The notes beneath the pieces were generated by a model. That model saw only the letters and a program-made list of their open reading frames with translations. It was not told the origin of the DNA and searched no databases. From Macrostomum lignano (taxonomy: Eukaryota), in NCBI GenBank assembly GCA_002269645.1, contig NIVC01001884.1:1-64000 (forward strand): a stretch of DNA of 64,000 nt. Reading direction: 5' to 3'. The position numbers and the translations under genes were made by a program. Shown here piece by piece: positions 32,551-45,462 of this stretch (positions within the stretch are counted from its first letter, which is position 1; every line of letters starts with the position of its first letter).

Positions 32551-32971
32551 AGCTCCCGGACTGGTCGATCAATTAACAGTTGGATTGGATCTTGCGTTTC
32601 AACATTGTAGATGACACGTTTTTTATAGGAACAAATAATTTAACCTCGCTGTTGTTTTAACTTTCTAGTCAATCTTAAAGCCCCCTTGCTCGCTTCGCCT
32701 CCTATTCATAGTAAGCGACACTGGCCTGTCTTTGTTAATTAGATAATTTGGATAATTTATTCGGTTTTAGAAAGTTGAAGAAAGGAATCGTTCTAGAGTT
32801 AACCGAAAATATGCAACCGAAGTTATACTAAATTGAGAGAAGTGCTCTGCAACTCACCTATCTGCTGTGCGTAAATGAAAGAAATATTTAAGGTTAGACC
32901 AGCATGTATACATTTAGGGTGGTGTAGCCCAGTCTCGCTTCCTGAGGAAGCGAAGCGGACAAAAGGGCTTT

Positions 32972-33298
32972 TTTATTAGAGGCAGGGGGGTTGTGTACAC
33001 CCTGGCGCACTTTAAGCGACATAGGCACACAACCGGCGAGAGGCATTACTATCCATTCCGCCGACTGAGCAGGCACACACTCACACAGGAGTGTACAGCG
33101 GCCCTAACTTTATTTTATCGTGAGGCATGTACACTTCACTGCGCCTTGGGGGTTTGGCTCTTAAGGCCGTTAATTGCACGAGCAGAGCCAAGCCGAGATT
33201 CCAATTCAGCCCCAAATCAATGTGACTGCACTTGGAATCGAGCCTGGGTCGCTGGCACACCAGAGCCTGCGCTAGACCGCTGGGCTACGCCCCCCCTT
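32972..33298 (-). mobile_element. tRNA-derived SINE copy C with 14-bp TSD
   Basis: GACAAAAGGGCTTT at 32958-32971 and 33299-33312 flanks the element. Confidence 0.85.
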
Positions 33299-33417
33299 GA
33301 CAAAAGGGCTTTCTAAATAGATCAAGTTTTGACGCGGCCGCCAAGATTACTAAAATGTCAAGTCCAATTCAATATATTGTGTAGTGAACCAAGATGTGTT
33401 TTATGATTAAAGTCAGG

Positions 33418-33778
33418 AGGGGGCTGTGTGCACCCTGGCGCATTTTAAGCGACATTGTCAACACAACCGGCCAGAGGCATTACTGCCCATTCTGCCGACT
33501 CCCCTGAGCAGGCATACAAGCGCGTGGATACGTACGCAGTCATATGCACAGGCACACACTCACACAGGAGTGTACAGCGGCCCTGACTATTTATCGTTAG
33601 GCATGTACACTTCACTGTGCCTTGGGGGTTGGCCCTCAAGAACGTTAATTCCACGAGCAGAGCCAAGCCGTGATTCCAATTCAGCCCAAATTAATGTGAC
33701 TGTCCTTGGAATCGAGCCTGGGCCGCTGGCACATGACCAGTTGGCTACGGCCATCCTGAACTAATCGGTAGTATAGGA
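33418..33778 (-). mobile_element. tRNA-derived SINE copy D
   Basis: Homologous along its length to copies B and C. Confidence 0.8.
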
Positions 33779-34934
33779 AGATGATAAACTACTGAATTGA
33801 AATTGAATATGCGATAAGTGGCCACTGTGTCGACTGAGGTTTCTGCAAGTTGAGCGCTTATTTTTACTCTTGTCTGTTGTCATTTTATCGATGTTATAGC
33901 AGTTAAAGCAAGCGACGCTGTGAAAATATTTACTGTTTTTACTACCACAGCTATTACAGCTTCAGTCTTTTTCGCTAGTCTAGATTACCTATTTAAATCT
34001 ATCTTCGTGTCTAATCCTTTTTGTTTCAGTTGTTGCAATAAGCGCTTTTGTTAATTTTTATAAGCTTTATTATGACAAATGATTTGCAATCTCAGTGGCA
34101 ATTATGCCAATGCCGACACACGCAAACTTTATTAAGCAATACGTAAGGCTTTTCTCTGTAAGTTTTTATTTCGTGTATTTGTTAATAAATAGTATGATGT
34201 CTCTATATATTATATGCCGATTTATACTAGTCTCTGTCTCGGACCCACGTTTAGCCTATCCTGTTATTTTCTTTTACTGGGTGTATAACCCTCTGCAAAA
34301 CTGTGTTGAATAACAAGATGTTGCGCTTATAATTTTTTTAAAGTTTAAAATTTTCTTTACTATTTGGCGAAATATAGATTATATTTTTAGTATATAGGAT
34401 TAACATTAGGAGCTACGCTAAAGTTGTCAAACATATGATAGGGTTAGCAGTTACCGAATATAAAGTTAATAGTTTTAGTTTAAAGGGTAAAATTTTGCGT
34501 CAAAAATTATTATTTAAATTCAAGATTTGCCATTCATGAATAAGTTCTGGTGTTGTAGATATTTAGATTTTTTAGCAAAGTTCGCTAACAATTTGTGCGT
34601 GGAAAGGTGAGTTCACATTACCGCCAGTAGCTTCGCTACCAACTACATTGATTTGAGTAATCTTTGATCGGCAGAGCTACTGTAGGAAATGTGAACCAGC
34701 CTCCTTAAGTAGGATGAGTACCAGAGCGGTAATGTATCTGACTCTCTGGGTCCCTGGGTTCGATTTCGCGCACGGTGTTTGTGCGCGCCAATTTACTGAA
34801 TGGGTAGATATGGCTCTTCGTCGGCTGCGGGTTTGTTGCAGGTGCCCAAAAGCCCCATCGCGACTTAGTAGCTGAAAGTTTTTTCATTGAAGAACCGTAA
34901 ATTCCGGATTTCCACTTGGATGCATGCCGGCAAA

Positions 34935-35252
34935 ATGGTGAACGTCCCCAAGACCAGGCGTACTTTCTGCAAGTTCACCTGCAAGAAGCACACCCTGCAC
35001 AAGGTGACGCAGTACAAATCCGGCAAGGCGTCTCTATACGCGCAAGGCAAACGGCGCTACGATCGAAAGCAGAGCGGCTACGGAGGCCAGACTAAGCCCA
35101 TCTTCCGAAAGAAGGCCAAGACCACCAAGAAGATCGTGCTGCGCATGGAGTGCTCCGAGTGCAAGCACAGGAAGCAGCTGGCCATCAAGCGGTGCAAGCA
35201 CTTCGAGCTTGGCGGCGACAAGAAAAAGAAGGGCCAGATGATCCAGTTTTAG
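34935..35252 (+). CDS. RPL36A: 60S ribosomal protein L36a/L44 (eL42), intronless CDS, 105 aa
   Basis: [12 protein letters not shown]...HKVTQYK...[36 protein letters not shown]...[13 protein letters not shown]; AATAAA signal near 35325. Confidence 0.98.
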   Translation: MVNVPKTRRTFCKFTCKKHTLHKVTQYKSGKASLYAQGKRRYDRKQSGYGGQTKPIFRKKAKTTKKIVLRMECSECKHRKQLAIKRCKHFELGGDKKKKGQMIQF

Positions 35253-37479
35253 GCTGGATGAGTGACGATGAATTTCCCTGCATTGTCTGGGGATCAGTGA
35301 TGCGCTTGACTGGCATAACGGATGAATAAATAAAGTGAAATGCATGGATAGAAAGGCTCTTTCTTTTTCCAGCTTGGATAAGTCGCCTCGTTCTTGTTTG
35401 TGTTTTTTACTTAGGCAAGTAGTTTATTGTTATCCCAATGGATAAGAACTCATCCTCTACAGTCACAAGATGGATTTCACGACTAGCACTATTTTAATTG
35501 CAATTTTGGAAGACTTGCTTTTAATTTTGACAGGCTGTGACAACGCCGGGCGAAATGCAACCTTTTTTGACAAACTCAAAGTTATAAAAATAAATAATTT
35601 TATAAAAAATAGCTTTACACTGGATAGCTAAATTCTATAACCGTTCTTCGGTGTCGTGTTGTACAATGGAATTTACACATTGAACTGACCGTCAGAGTCT
35701 CCAGACATAAACCCTATCGAGCATGTCTGCAACTTTGTAAAGCTAAGAGTTCAACAGGGCACCCCACAGAATGCTGAATAGTTGTGACTGGCGGTTTTGA
35801 ATGCATGGGGCCGATTTCATGAAGCCAGTACAGGCGACAAGTTGACAATTTACAAGTTACAAGTGTAAAATATCACAATTATTGCATTTCAAGAAGAAGG
35901 ATGACAATTTAACAGGTTAAAAGTGATAAGTGAATTTGTCAAGCCGTTTTTGCCGTTCTTTTGGCCATAGACAACACAGGTTTAGCTTGAGCACTACGAC
36001 AAGGCTATAAATTCAGACTGGGGACAATTTTGTCTATGGCTAAACCTCGCTTCCGTAGCAGAATGTTTTGAACTGGGTTTTGTTGCCCCAGTCTGAATTG
36101 TCTGAATTGAATTTCCGCAAGTTTTTTTAGAACTGGACTTTGTTCAAAATTGAACGTGAAAAGGTGTAATAGTTCATCAACCGATCAGGATGCCATAATG
36201 AGTGACAACTTTTGCATGCTCGTGGTACTGTTAGCGAAAGAAAAAATTCAGCTCAAAAAATTCTTGTTCGATAAAATTTCAGAGCAGCATAAAAGCCTTT
36301 CTGTGAGCCATGCCATGAAAAACGAATTTGTACTTCTAGAGGTTTGCGGCCAAACTGTTCTGGTCTGCAAGTCCTGCAAATTTTCTTGCTAATGTCATCA
36401 GTATAATAAGGATCAACAAACTATTGTTTAATTAGAAACTGGGAGCCGTGGCGCACTGTACGCGACATAAATCAACTATTTTATGTGCTGTTCCGCTTGT
36501 TAAGGTAAGATTTATGTGTTGTCTGATTTATTGTTGCTGCTTCGGCAGCGATAATTATATAACCTTTAATGTTTTCAGTTGTACATATTTTTGAAATAGG
36601 TGCGTTTGTACTCGCAAACTCATAAGAAACATTACGCTACATATTTTGACATCAGCAGCAAGCTTTAACGGGCTAAATAGAAAAAAAGTTAAATGGCAGA
36701 GTTGACATATTTTATAGAAAACGCATGACTATCTGAATTTTTTTTTCGGAAAGAAAATACGTTAACAAAATGCGTACTGCATGGTCTATAAAGGGACAGT
36801 TTTAAAAGTCCCCAGTGTCTATCAGACCCTTTTAGAGGTCGTTTTGAAAGGTCCACATAGCAGGATACGGTTTTAAATGTCTGAAGAAAAAAATTATTAA
36901 CCACCTGTGAGTCAGTCAATAAATTATGCAGTTACGTTTATCTTCACCATTTTAAATGTATTGCCCTAGCTGCCAGGTATCCCGGTGGAAAACAGCTGGG
37001 GGCCACTGGCGACACTCGCGAGTGGGCCCCTGCAAATCCCCTTGGCGAGTACTTTAGTCGGCCACCTGGGGGGGGGCAACAGGGGCCCCTGGGGGACAAT
37101 CTCGGAAATGCCGCTTTTCAGTAGCCCAAATTAACCCGCCGTCGTCATATATATCCAATACTGTATTGAGGCGATGATATTTACAAATGCATGTATTGCT
37201 GCTAGTTACTTGCACAGCACCGCAGACTGCATGTATTGAATTAGCTAGGGGAAAATTTAAGTGCCTCGCACAGGAACATGCAATCACATGAAAGATGGGG
37301 AGGAGAGGGGTGGGGAGTGCGAAGGAAAGAGAACAGAAAGGAGAGAAAAGAGAAGAATGATGAAGTGAAGTGAAAGAGAGTTTAAAATCAACTATCGCAA
37401 CACAATACTTACAACTACTGATCTAAATGTCCCAAAACCGAGATTCAAACCTAAACCCTAGAATTTTTTTCTTGTAGCT

Positions 37480-37835
37480 CTTTTGGGTTTTGACCATTGC
37501 ATACAAAATAAGTCATACGCAGCTCACCGCAGATATCACTGCTAAGCTCTTGAAGGATAAATTATGAGTGATAAATTTTCTGCCCTTTCAATTTCTTAAT
37601 TCTTTAGGTGGAGCTTTTTCATAGCTATCAAAATAGTAGTATTTTTTACGGTCAGGATCAATCACCCAACAAACCCAATGAAAACCCGGTTTATCAACGC
37701 TATCAAAGTTAATAATACCGCATTCCTTTTTATGGTGCTGTCTGATTTAGGTAGTGTATCTCTCACTAAGACCCCTCGGAAGTTTGGAATCTCAAACTCA
37801 TTGGCTAAATTTTGAAGAAAAGTGTTCGTCATCAT
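37480..37835 (-). pseudogene. Polinton/Maverick adenain-like cysteine protease relic
   Basis: IPNFRGVLVRDTLP, frameshift, ECGIINFDSVDKPGFHWVC...YYFDSYEKAPP, then SSDICG (His, Asp and Cys motifs of the adenain family). Confidence 0.8.
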
Positions 37836-38049
37836 TTTTTTAGAATTTTTAATTAAAAACCTATTTCTTGCAATATACAATGACCAAATTGCAGACTTTT
37901 AATGTTGTCATCAAAGATGAATCTCTTATTATCCGCACCTGACAGGCCAATCTTCTGTTGTATAGTATAAATGTGGTTCTTAGACTGCAGTTTCGAGAAT
38001 TTATAGATCTCTTATTGTGACACTCAGCATCTCTGTATGCGGCTTCATT

Positions 38050-39090
38050 TTACTCATTCCTAGCTACATGTTCAGGAACACCCTACGATTTTAAAAATGT
38101 AATCTGATGTCTCGCTTTTTACAAAATAAGACTACTCTCAACCCGATAAATTCAGTGATGCCCCGAGTTTTCTCATCCTTTTTTCCCCAATTACTTTCTT
38201 GTTATTAGCGCAAAACATTTTATTACCATTCTGCGCTTTGATGATTCTGGGTATTCAGATAGGTCATACAAGTCCTGTATCAAAAGATCCTGATAAAAGT
38301 AGTGTTTCAAGGTTCAGGATCTAACTGTCTGAGTCTGTATACAGAAGTTTTATTTTGTCCTTGTATTACTGCTTCATGTCATAGAAGAACTTGTACATTA
38401 AACGTTTTCATTCTTCCAGAATAGTTACTCCAGTAAAGATTAGCTTGCTTAATTTTTCTTGGTCTTATAGAATAGGATTGCACCCAAGTGATCATTTTAC
38501 TTGTGAAGTTCCTTGAAAGTAGGTTTTGATATATTCTTCAAAATGGAATCAGACTCTGATGATGTAACAACCTTCAAGTTTGTCCTTTTCCGCTCATTTT
38601 CTAGACTTTTACCATAGACGAAATTATTGGCTAGCTTAAAAAGATCCTTGTCAAAGTTAGAAGTTGATTCTGTTCTAAACTGGGTGTTCTTATCAATGTA
38701 ATGTTTCATCCAGTTTGTAATTGATTTTATACCGTGTCTTGTTTAGATTCTGTGAGTTTCTTTGTATGTTCTTTTTCCCATTCCCTATTTCCCCCCTAAG
38801 GTACCATGTTCCATCGTGAGTTTCAATTATTTTTGGGCATTGAGTATTTACTGGGAAGGGTGGAAATTCAGAAAAGTAGTCATGCAGTTCAAAATTCAAA
38901 TGGAATATCTACATCTACCTCATAAATTGCAGGTGTTGAAAAGTCCTATTTTAGTCTTTCAAGTCACTAGAAATCTCTAGCAGGTAACTCCTGACTTATC
39001 GCCCTTTCATAGAGATTGTTTGCGTCTAGGTAGCTGATATAATTAGGGTTGCTTGCTGTTGTATGATTCCATGCAGGGGTTGTTTTTGCA
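38050..39090 (-). pseudogene. Protein-primed DNA polymerase B relic (Polinton-type), copy 1
   Basis: YLDANNLY, LHDYFSEFPPFP, KDLFKLANNFVYGKSLEN, KKPIFTGVTILE and KLLYTDSDS motifs, with stops and frameshifts. Confidence 0.85.
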
Positions 39091-39199
39091 CCGTTGCATA
39101 TTTTTTATTCAGCCACTGAAGGACCAACTTCAGAAGGAAAATGTTCTTATTTTTTCAGGCTTTCAACTTTATCCGATTTTAGACATAATTGCCACATAA

Positions 39200-39850
39200 A
39201 AATGAATGATGAAAATGAAAACATCTATCCTGTGGTTGAGCTGCATAAAGCAGATTTGAGGGAGCGGGACTATTTCAATCAGAGAAAGGGTGAAATCAAA
39301 GGCGTTATTGAATGCATTACTAAATATCTTACAATTTATAGCAAAAAGGTAAACAAGTACAAACGACAACTTGTCGTAGCAGGATAAATTAGCAGTATAC
39401 GACATGTAGCAGGATAAATTGGATCAACATTGTGACAGGAAATGTAAGTCTCTTGGCTGCTACAGGAATTGGCATAGCAACATCGGTACTGACATTGAAT
39501 CCCTTAGTCATTGGAGTAGTAATCGGGGCAATCAGTGGTTTTGAAGCTGTAAATCCATGTCATTGTTTGCAACTGTGAAAATGCATTGCCAAAAGCAGAA
39601 GGCAAAATACAGTGTTCTCAGAAATCTGGCAAATCAATAGAGATTTTATATTTACTCCCAAAAAGCAGTCAATGATTATAGAATAACCCTTGAAGAGGTT
39701 CAAGCAGCTACTGCAATTTATTCAGAATATAGAGAGAAAAGAGACCAATTGTTAGACGCCTGTGTTGTGCCTAAAGAAGTTAACCATTCTGAAGTCGTTG
39801 ATAAAATCCTCAAAGAGAGTAGTAGACTTGGTCATTCAGCGAAGTAAAAA
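39200..39850 (+). pseudogene. Polinton-type accessory ORF relic
   Basis: NIYPVVEL...KKVNKYK, a Gly-rich hydrophobic middle, and KAKYSVL...KAVNDYRITLEE resemble a recurrent uncharacterised Polinton ORF. Recognition is from memory; the position lies between two pPolB relics. Confidence 0.4.
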
Positions 39851-39969
39851 GTTAAAAAGGAATTGCTGGAGAAAGATCTGAGAGAAAATTGGGTCTAGCT
39901 GATAAGCCAAAAGAGTACTCGGCAAACACTCTATCTTTAATCAAATGCTTCAAGTGCGCCATCTATGCT

Positions 39970-41727
39970 TGAGTCTGTTTATTTTTTTTCTTAAAAATAG
40001 AAAGGTAAATACCAGCGGCCTCTTATGAAATTGATTTCGACTCCGTTGAAGAAATTCGCGGTTTAATCTCCCCAATTCTTTGCAAAAAATTGATGGCTAG
40101 AGATTCAATATAATACAGAATTTCGCTTGTTGCAGAATTTTATAAAGGAACTACCGACAAGTGGATTGAGTTCCATATCATTCAAAGTATCGAGCTTTGT
40201 TAAATCTGCTTCAAGTTGAAGCTAGTATTGAAAGTACAATCAGGGATGTTCTGGATGAATTTGATGAATGGAAGGATAGTTTTAATGAAAGAAGGATCGG
40301 GTTACTATTTTACGAAATTTGTAAAGATAGTGATGACGAAGTGACTAATTACAAAGCGGCAAAACAATGTTTTCTCTGCTCAAGGCCATTTGTAGATAGT
40401 AAAAAAATTCGAGAGCATAATCACTACAATGGTAAATATCGCGGCGCAGCATGTCAATCATGTAATACCAAGGAGGGCAAGGCGAATCAAACAGTACCGT
40501 TGTTTCTCCTGAATGAATCTGGAAAAGACTAACTATTTGATAGTTCCATTAAGACGAATAAAGAATATAGCATAGAAAATTGGATTTCATTTCTAAAACA
40601 TCGGAAGACCATGTTGCAATTAAGTGGGGGAATTATACAAGTAGCATTGTGTTTTTAGATGGATCTAGGTTTTTGGAACCATCATTTACACTCTCTGAAG
40701 AAGAAATAAAATATTTGCCCCCAGTGATACAACAGGTGCAATTAGAAAGATTTACTCATTTGTCAATGCTTTTGAGAAGTTTAGGTCAACATTCTTGAGT
40801 TATTTCAAGTTAGATCCTGCGCATTGCGTTTCCCTTTCTGGATTATCGTGGGCATGTGGGTTGAAATATACTAATGTGAAATTGGAATTACTGGTGATAA
40901 AGAAATGATATCTATGATAGAAAGTGTCATTCGTGGCGGTTTCTCTAGAATTCTTGGAGATCGATGTAAAAAATGAATAACAAGTTTTTTAGAAAACTAT
41001 GACAGCAATTCAGAATCGTCGTACATGCTATACCTAGACAAGAATAATTTATATGGTGAAGCAATGATGAAAAATCTTACTGTTGGAGATTTAAAGTTTG
41101 AAGATGATCTAGACTATCACAACAATATTCCTGATGACAGGGGTTGTTTTCTTGAAGTTGACCTTGAATATACAGAGGAGTGTAAGAAAGCTAGAAGTAA
41201 ATATCCACTTGCTCCTGAGAAACGAACTAGATTTGAGGATTTATCTGACATACAGAAGCAATACCTTGAAGTCAAAAAGAAAAAGTTTGTTCAATCCAAG
41301 TTAATGTTGACACTTTACAATAAGGAGAAATATGTCTTACATCAGACTACTTGAGTTTTATGAGAATTAGGGCATGCGAGTTACGAGAGTGCATGCAATT
41401 ATTTCATTCAAAGAGTCAAATTGGTTGAGTAAATACATCGAATTTAATACTAGGCGGAGAATGGAAGCAAAAAATAAATTTGAGAAAGACTTGTGGAAAC
41501 AACTAAACAATTCATTCAGCGGTAAAGCAATTGAAAATGTAAAGATCTAAAGAATAGATCAAACTTTCACCTTGTAACTGAAGCAAAGGTTGCAAGGCGT
41601 CATTTCTCAAAACCAAATTTCAAAGATTTCATTGTTTTTAGTGAGGATGCAGTTGGTATCCAAATGTACAAAAAGACAATTGCGTGTGACAAGCCAGTGT
41701 ATCTCCCGTTTGCTCGCTTGGTTAGTC
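39970..41727 (+). pseudogene. Protein-primed DNA polymerase B relic (Polinton-type), copy 2
   Basis: Zinc ribbon CFLC...HNHYNGKYRGAACQSCN, then IRGGFS, YLDKNNLYGEAM, FLEVDLEY, YPLAPEK, FEKDLWKQLNNS and DKPVY; cut at 41731 by a MITE. Confidence 0.85.
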
Positions 41728-41902
41728 TATGGGCCGTATGCAGAAAGCTCTGTCTAGGGTAGTCCGGTCTTAAAAAGCTAGTCTGGACTTGGATTTGGTA
41801 TGCAAAACGCAAAGTTAGACCGGTCTACTATAGACAGAACTAGGGTAGCTGGACCATAGACCATAGACTGAACTACCCAAGTCCGGACTAGCTAGTCTGG
41901 AC

Positions 41903-44900
41903 CATAGATAATAAAAACACTAGATGGGTCACTCGCCTATTTCATGAATAAGCTACTTTCAATTGGGCGTCTGTATAGAGTTTTTTTGGATGTATTTGTG
42001 CACCAAGTAAAATTTTAATATTATATTTAGATTATGATGTAGACAAAAAAGTTTTGACATTTCAGACCCTCATTTTTCAATCATTGAAGTTTATTTACAC
42101 CGACGGAAATGAAAAAAAATTGAACAAAAATGTGGGTTTGGTTTAAACTTGTTATAATAGAGGCATGCGCATTGCACTTAGATGTATATATATTTTGATG
42201 CACAGGGTCGTATCAACTTATCATGTATACACAGATTAAAAGAAGATTTCACAAAAATAAACATTATACTCGTACATATAAAGCATTTGGGCAAGACAAA
42301 AGCATTCTGAAAACAAAATTTTACTTTATAGTTTAAGCTAGCTACTTACCCGATAGTTGAAGCAAATGTTCATGAACAAATTGAAGTTAACGAATGTGAC
42401 AAAGAACGAAATACAATTAAATATTTAATACAAACACGAAGGTTAATTCAGTTTACTCATCTTTCTGCTTGCTGAGCATCGCGCTGTCCTATCCTTCAGC
42501 GGCTTGGCCTCACAGCGGCACCAGTGATGCAGTCTGAGACGAGCGAACTTGACGCACAGTTGCTGCCAGACGATCTCCGTGTGCACGGAGCACGAGGGGA
42601 AGGTCACATTTGCGTGTCGGAAGCATCTCAAAACTGAATGGCTCACGTGATTCTGCAGCAATGTAGTCTTTGATAATGAGCCAAATAAAGATTCCAACAG
42701 CATAAAACTTTCCAGAACTGCTTCCGATGGTGCTGTCAATCCAGTGTGAACGGCACTGTACTGCTTGTTGGCCAAGTGAACTCCAGATGGGATTTGAGCG
42801 GTCAGAGTTTCCTTGCGATCCAGGCAATCCAGTACACCACTTTTTGCTAACACGTAGCCAGCAACATATTCCATGGCTTCGATTGATGTGTCAGGAGAAG
42901 CAAACGGCTGCAAACTGCACTGGAGCTCTCATCTGTGCGTGTCGTCGGCACGGTTTCGGCAAAAGATGCGCTTGATCCGGCTGGTAAATTTAGCGGTTTA
43001 GTAATGCATGCTGCTGTGACGCCAGCAGAGCACTGGTCGCTGGAGCAATTTCCAGTTTTTGACTCGGCTTTCATTATGCCACTCGCAGAAATCGATCGTA
43101 GGGCACCAATAAAGGCAGGAAGCTCTGGCTTTTCATTGAACCCATTGCGACCTCTGATGACGCTAAATAGATTCTACGATTGAAAATTTAATTTTTTAAA
43201 AAGTTGTTATTTAATAATCTCTAAGCTACAATAATTAACATGTCTAGTGGTAAAAGGCTGTTTAACGCACCTCAACGTGATCCTGTGTTAGTCTCCTAGT
43301 GCAGATGTATTGAAAATCGCCGTTTTGCAGCAGCGATCTGGCCAGACTTTTGATCGATGAGATAGACAGCAGCCACGCTTCCTTGAACTTCATTGTAGCC
43401 TTTTGCTTCCTTCCGCTTTGAGGTCTAAATTTCCAACTGTGTAAGAAGCTTTCAGCTGCCTCCAATTCTGTAATCTGCTCTTCAAGAATATCTCGAGAAA
43501 GGGGGTGCTTTAGACCCTTATCGAATAAGTGAGCTGAGTTAAGAATGTTAAATATGCCATTAATTCTATCTAAAAACTCTGCTGTTTGCTCTCCATCGGA
43601 TTCTATTATTTTGTGATACACCGAAGTTCGGATTCCACTGGCGACTGAATGGCTGAAAATCTGCGCCGCGAGAAATACTTTCATTTTGTTTCTAACCTGT
43701 AGGTTGAAGTGACTGTCGCTTAACCTTGGTGCCAATTAAGCTTGTTGCAACTGTCGGCCTGATAGAAGTCCGTAATATGCTTCCATTTTGCTGTTTTGCA
43801 ATCGTCGAACACAATGTCGTTCTTGAACAAAGCATTTCGCGCATTTTTCAGGCAGTGAGGGATATCAATGATGACAAAAAACAGGCTCGTTTGTCACTGG
43901 GTGGTGCAGAAACGGCTTGGAAGAGCTGACCAACTTAGATAAGTAGCTCGACTGGCTTGTCTCTTGGTCTGCAACCAAAGCTACAACGATAATTCCTGCA
44001 TGATGACACGCCGTCAGACAACTTTCAATCGCGTTACGAAAACCTTCCTGTCCGAGACTCCGATTGCACAGGGTAATATGCAATCGACTGCTTCCAGTTG
44101 TGCAAAATACCGCGAACTACGCCTACTACCGCTTCGTCTACAACTTATGGTGCATCCGCTTGAGCAGGATTAGTCTCAAAGCCAATTATCTTGTCCTTGT
44201 GACTGGCTGTAACGCACACATCCTGACAAGCTCATTCCATCAAAGCAAAGAGTGGCCATTCGCTCTTTCTCTGTGCAGTCTTGCAACTTTTTTCTCATCA
44301 GCTTCATGGTAACTTCACAAACGCCTTCTTCCTGTAAAAACAATCTGATGCGCCGCTTAATTGACGTCTCTAATGGAAATGGCATCTTCCACTGATCTCG
44401 CAGAAGTCGGTACGCGGCAGGACTTTTGTGATGCACTTTAATAGCAGAGCAGCTAGATGTCTTCGACAGCCCAACGCATGCCACGGTGGCGAGACTTTGT
44501 TTGCTTCATAGAGCTCTGCACTAGACGGTGGAGGGCGCTGCTGCTCGATCGTCTTCTCCTGCAGACACAGCTTTCGTCGTAGGTTTCCAGCTACTTTGCT
44601 GGACGATGCATGCAGTCGTAGAAATGATGCAGAGCAAGACGCAGTTGGTTCTTGTGGAGCAGCGCTAGCTAAATCAACTGCCATTGAAGGAATCTGATCT
44701 GCTTCTGGAACTGCGTCTTCCACGTCAAAGCGCGACAGAACAGGTGGGTACGTATTATCAGCCGCATCGTCACTCCGAATTATTTCTAGTGGCTTCTCCC
44801 TGATTAGTCGTGGCAACACCAGCTCTCTGTCAGGAACAGCATCCCACCGTAGCCTTGTACTTCGGTCATGGCGTAGTCTTGGGCAATTGTATGCCTCGTC

Positions 44901-45462
44901 TGTAAAATGCAAGCTGCATACCTTCCACTTCATTTTCCACAGCTTCTCGAGTGAAATGGCTCGTAACTCCAGCATTGATTGCCACTTCAATGCTATGGAC
45001 TGATTCTTCGGAAACTGGTGCATGCGAATCGGGATGCCATCTTCGTTTACAGAGGTACTAGTGCTGGTACAAGTCGCCGCACAGCAATCTTCGCTTGTGT
45101 ATTTCAACTCTTCGATATTTGCCAGCACTCGGTCTTCATGCGTTCTTCCTCCGGCAGCCATTTAGACAATTGTTTTTTACTTGCTTAAATGAAAACGAAT
45201 TTGCGCTCTAGCAAAGGAGAAAAGTCAAAATATATATACTCCTTACTTTCGTTCGGATATCTAATAGGAAAGCCATGATGAACCCCTACTAGTAAGCTTG
45301 ATTTCGATGCTTGAAACTTTTGTCTATGGCTTAAACCATAGCACTGACGTGGGAGAACAAAAATCTATAGTCTTGCGCGTTCATTTGCCCAGAAGAGAGT
45401 AGGCTATTCAGACATCGAGCGAATTTGCATTAAGTGACCCATCTAGTGTTTTAGTATCTGTG
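41903..45462 (-). mobile_element. P-element superfamily DNA transposon
   Basis: Imperfect TIR of about 31 bp, CA(T/C)AGATA..AAAACACTAGATGGGTCACT; exact 8-bp TSD GTCTGGAC at 41895-41902 and 45463-45470. Confidence 0.92.
42443..45161 (-). pseudogene. THAP-domain P-element (THAP9-like) transposase, frameshifted, with one clear intron 43270-43174
   Basis: THAP CCAATC...HQFP...W...VCSLHF; SPAAYRLLR, LCFDG, VADQ, KMKVFLAAQIFSHSVA, TQDHVE|NLFSVIR, MEYVAGYV. Confidence 0.9.
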
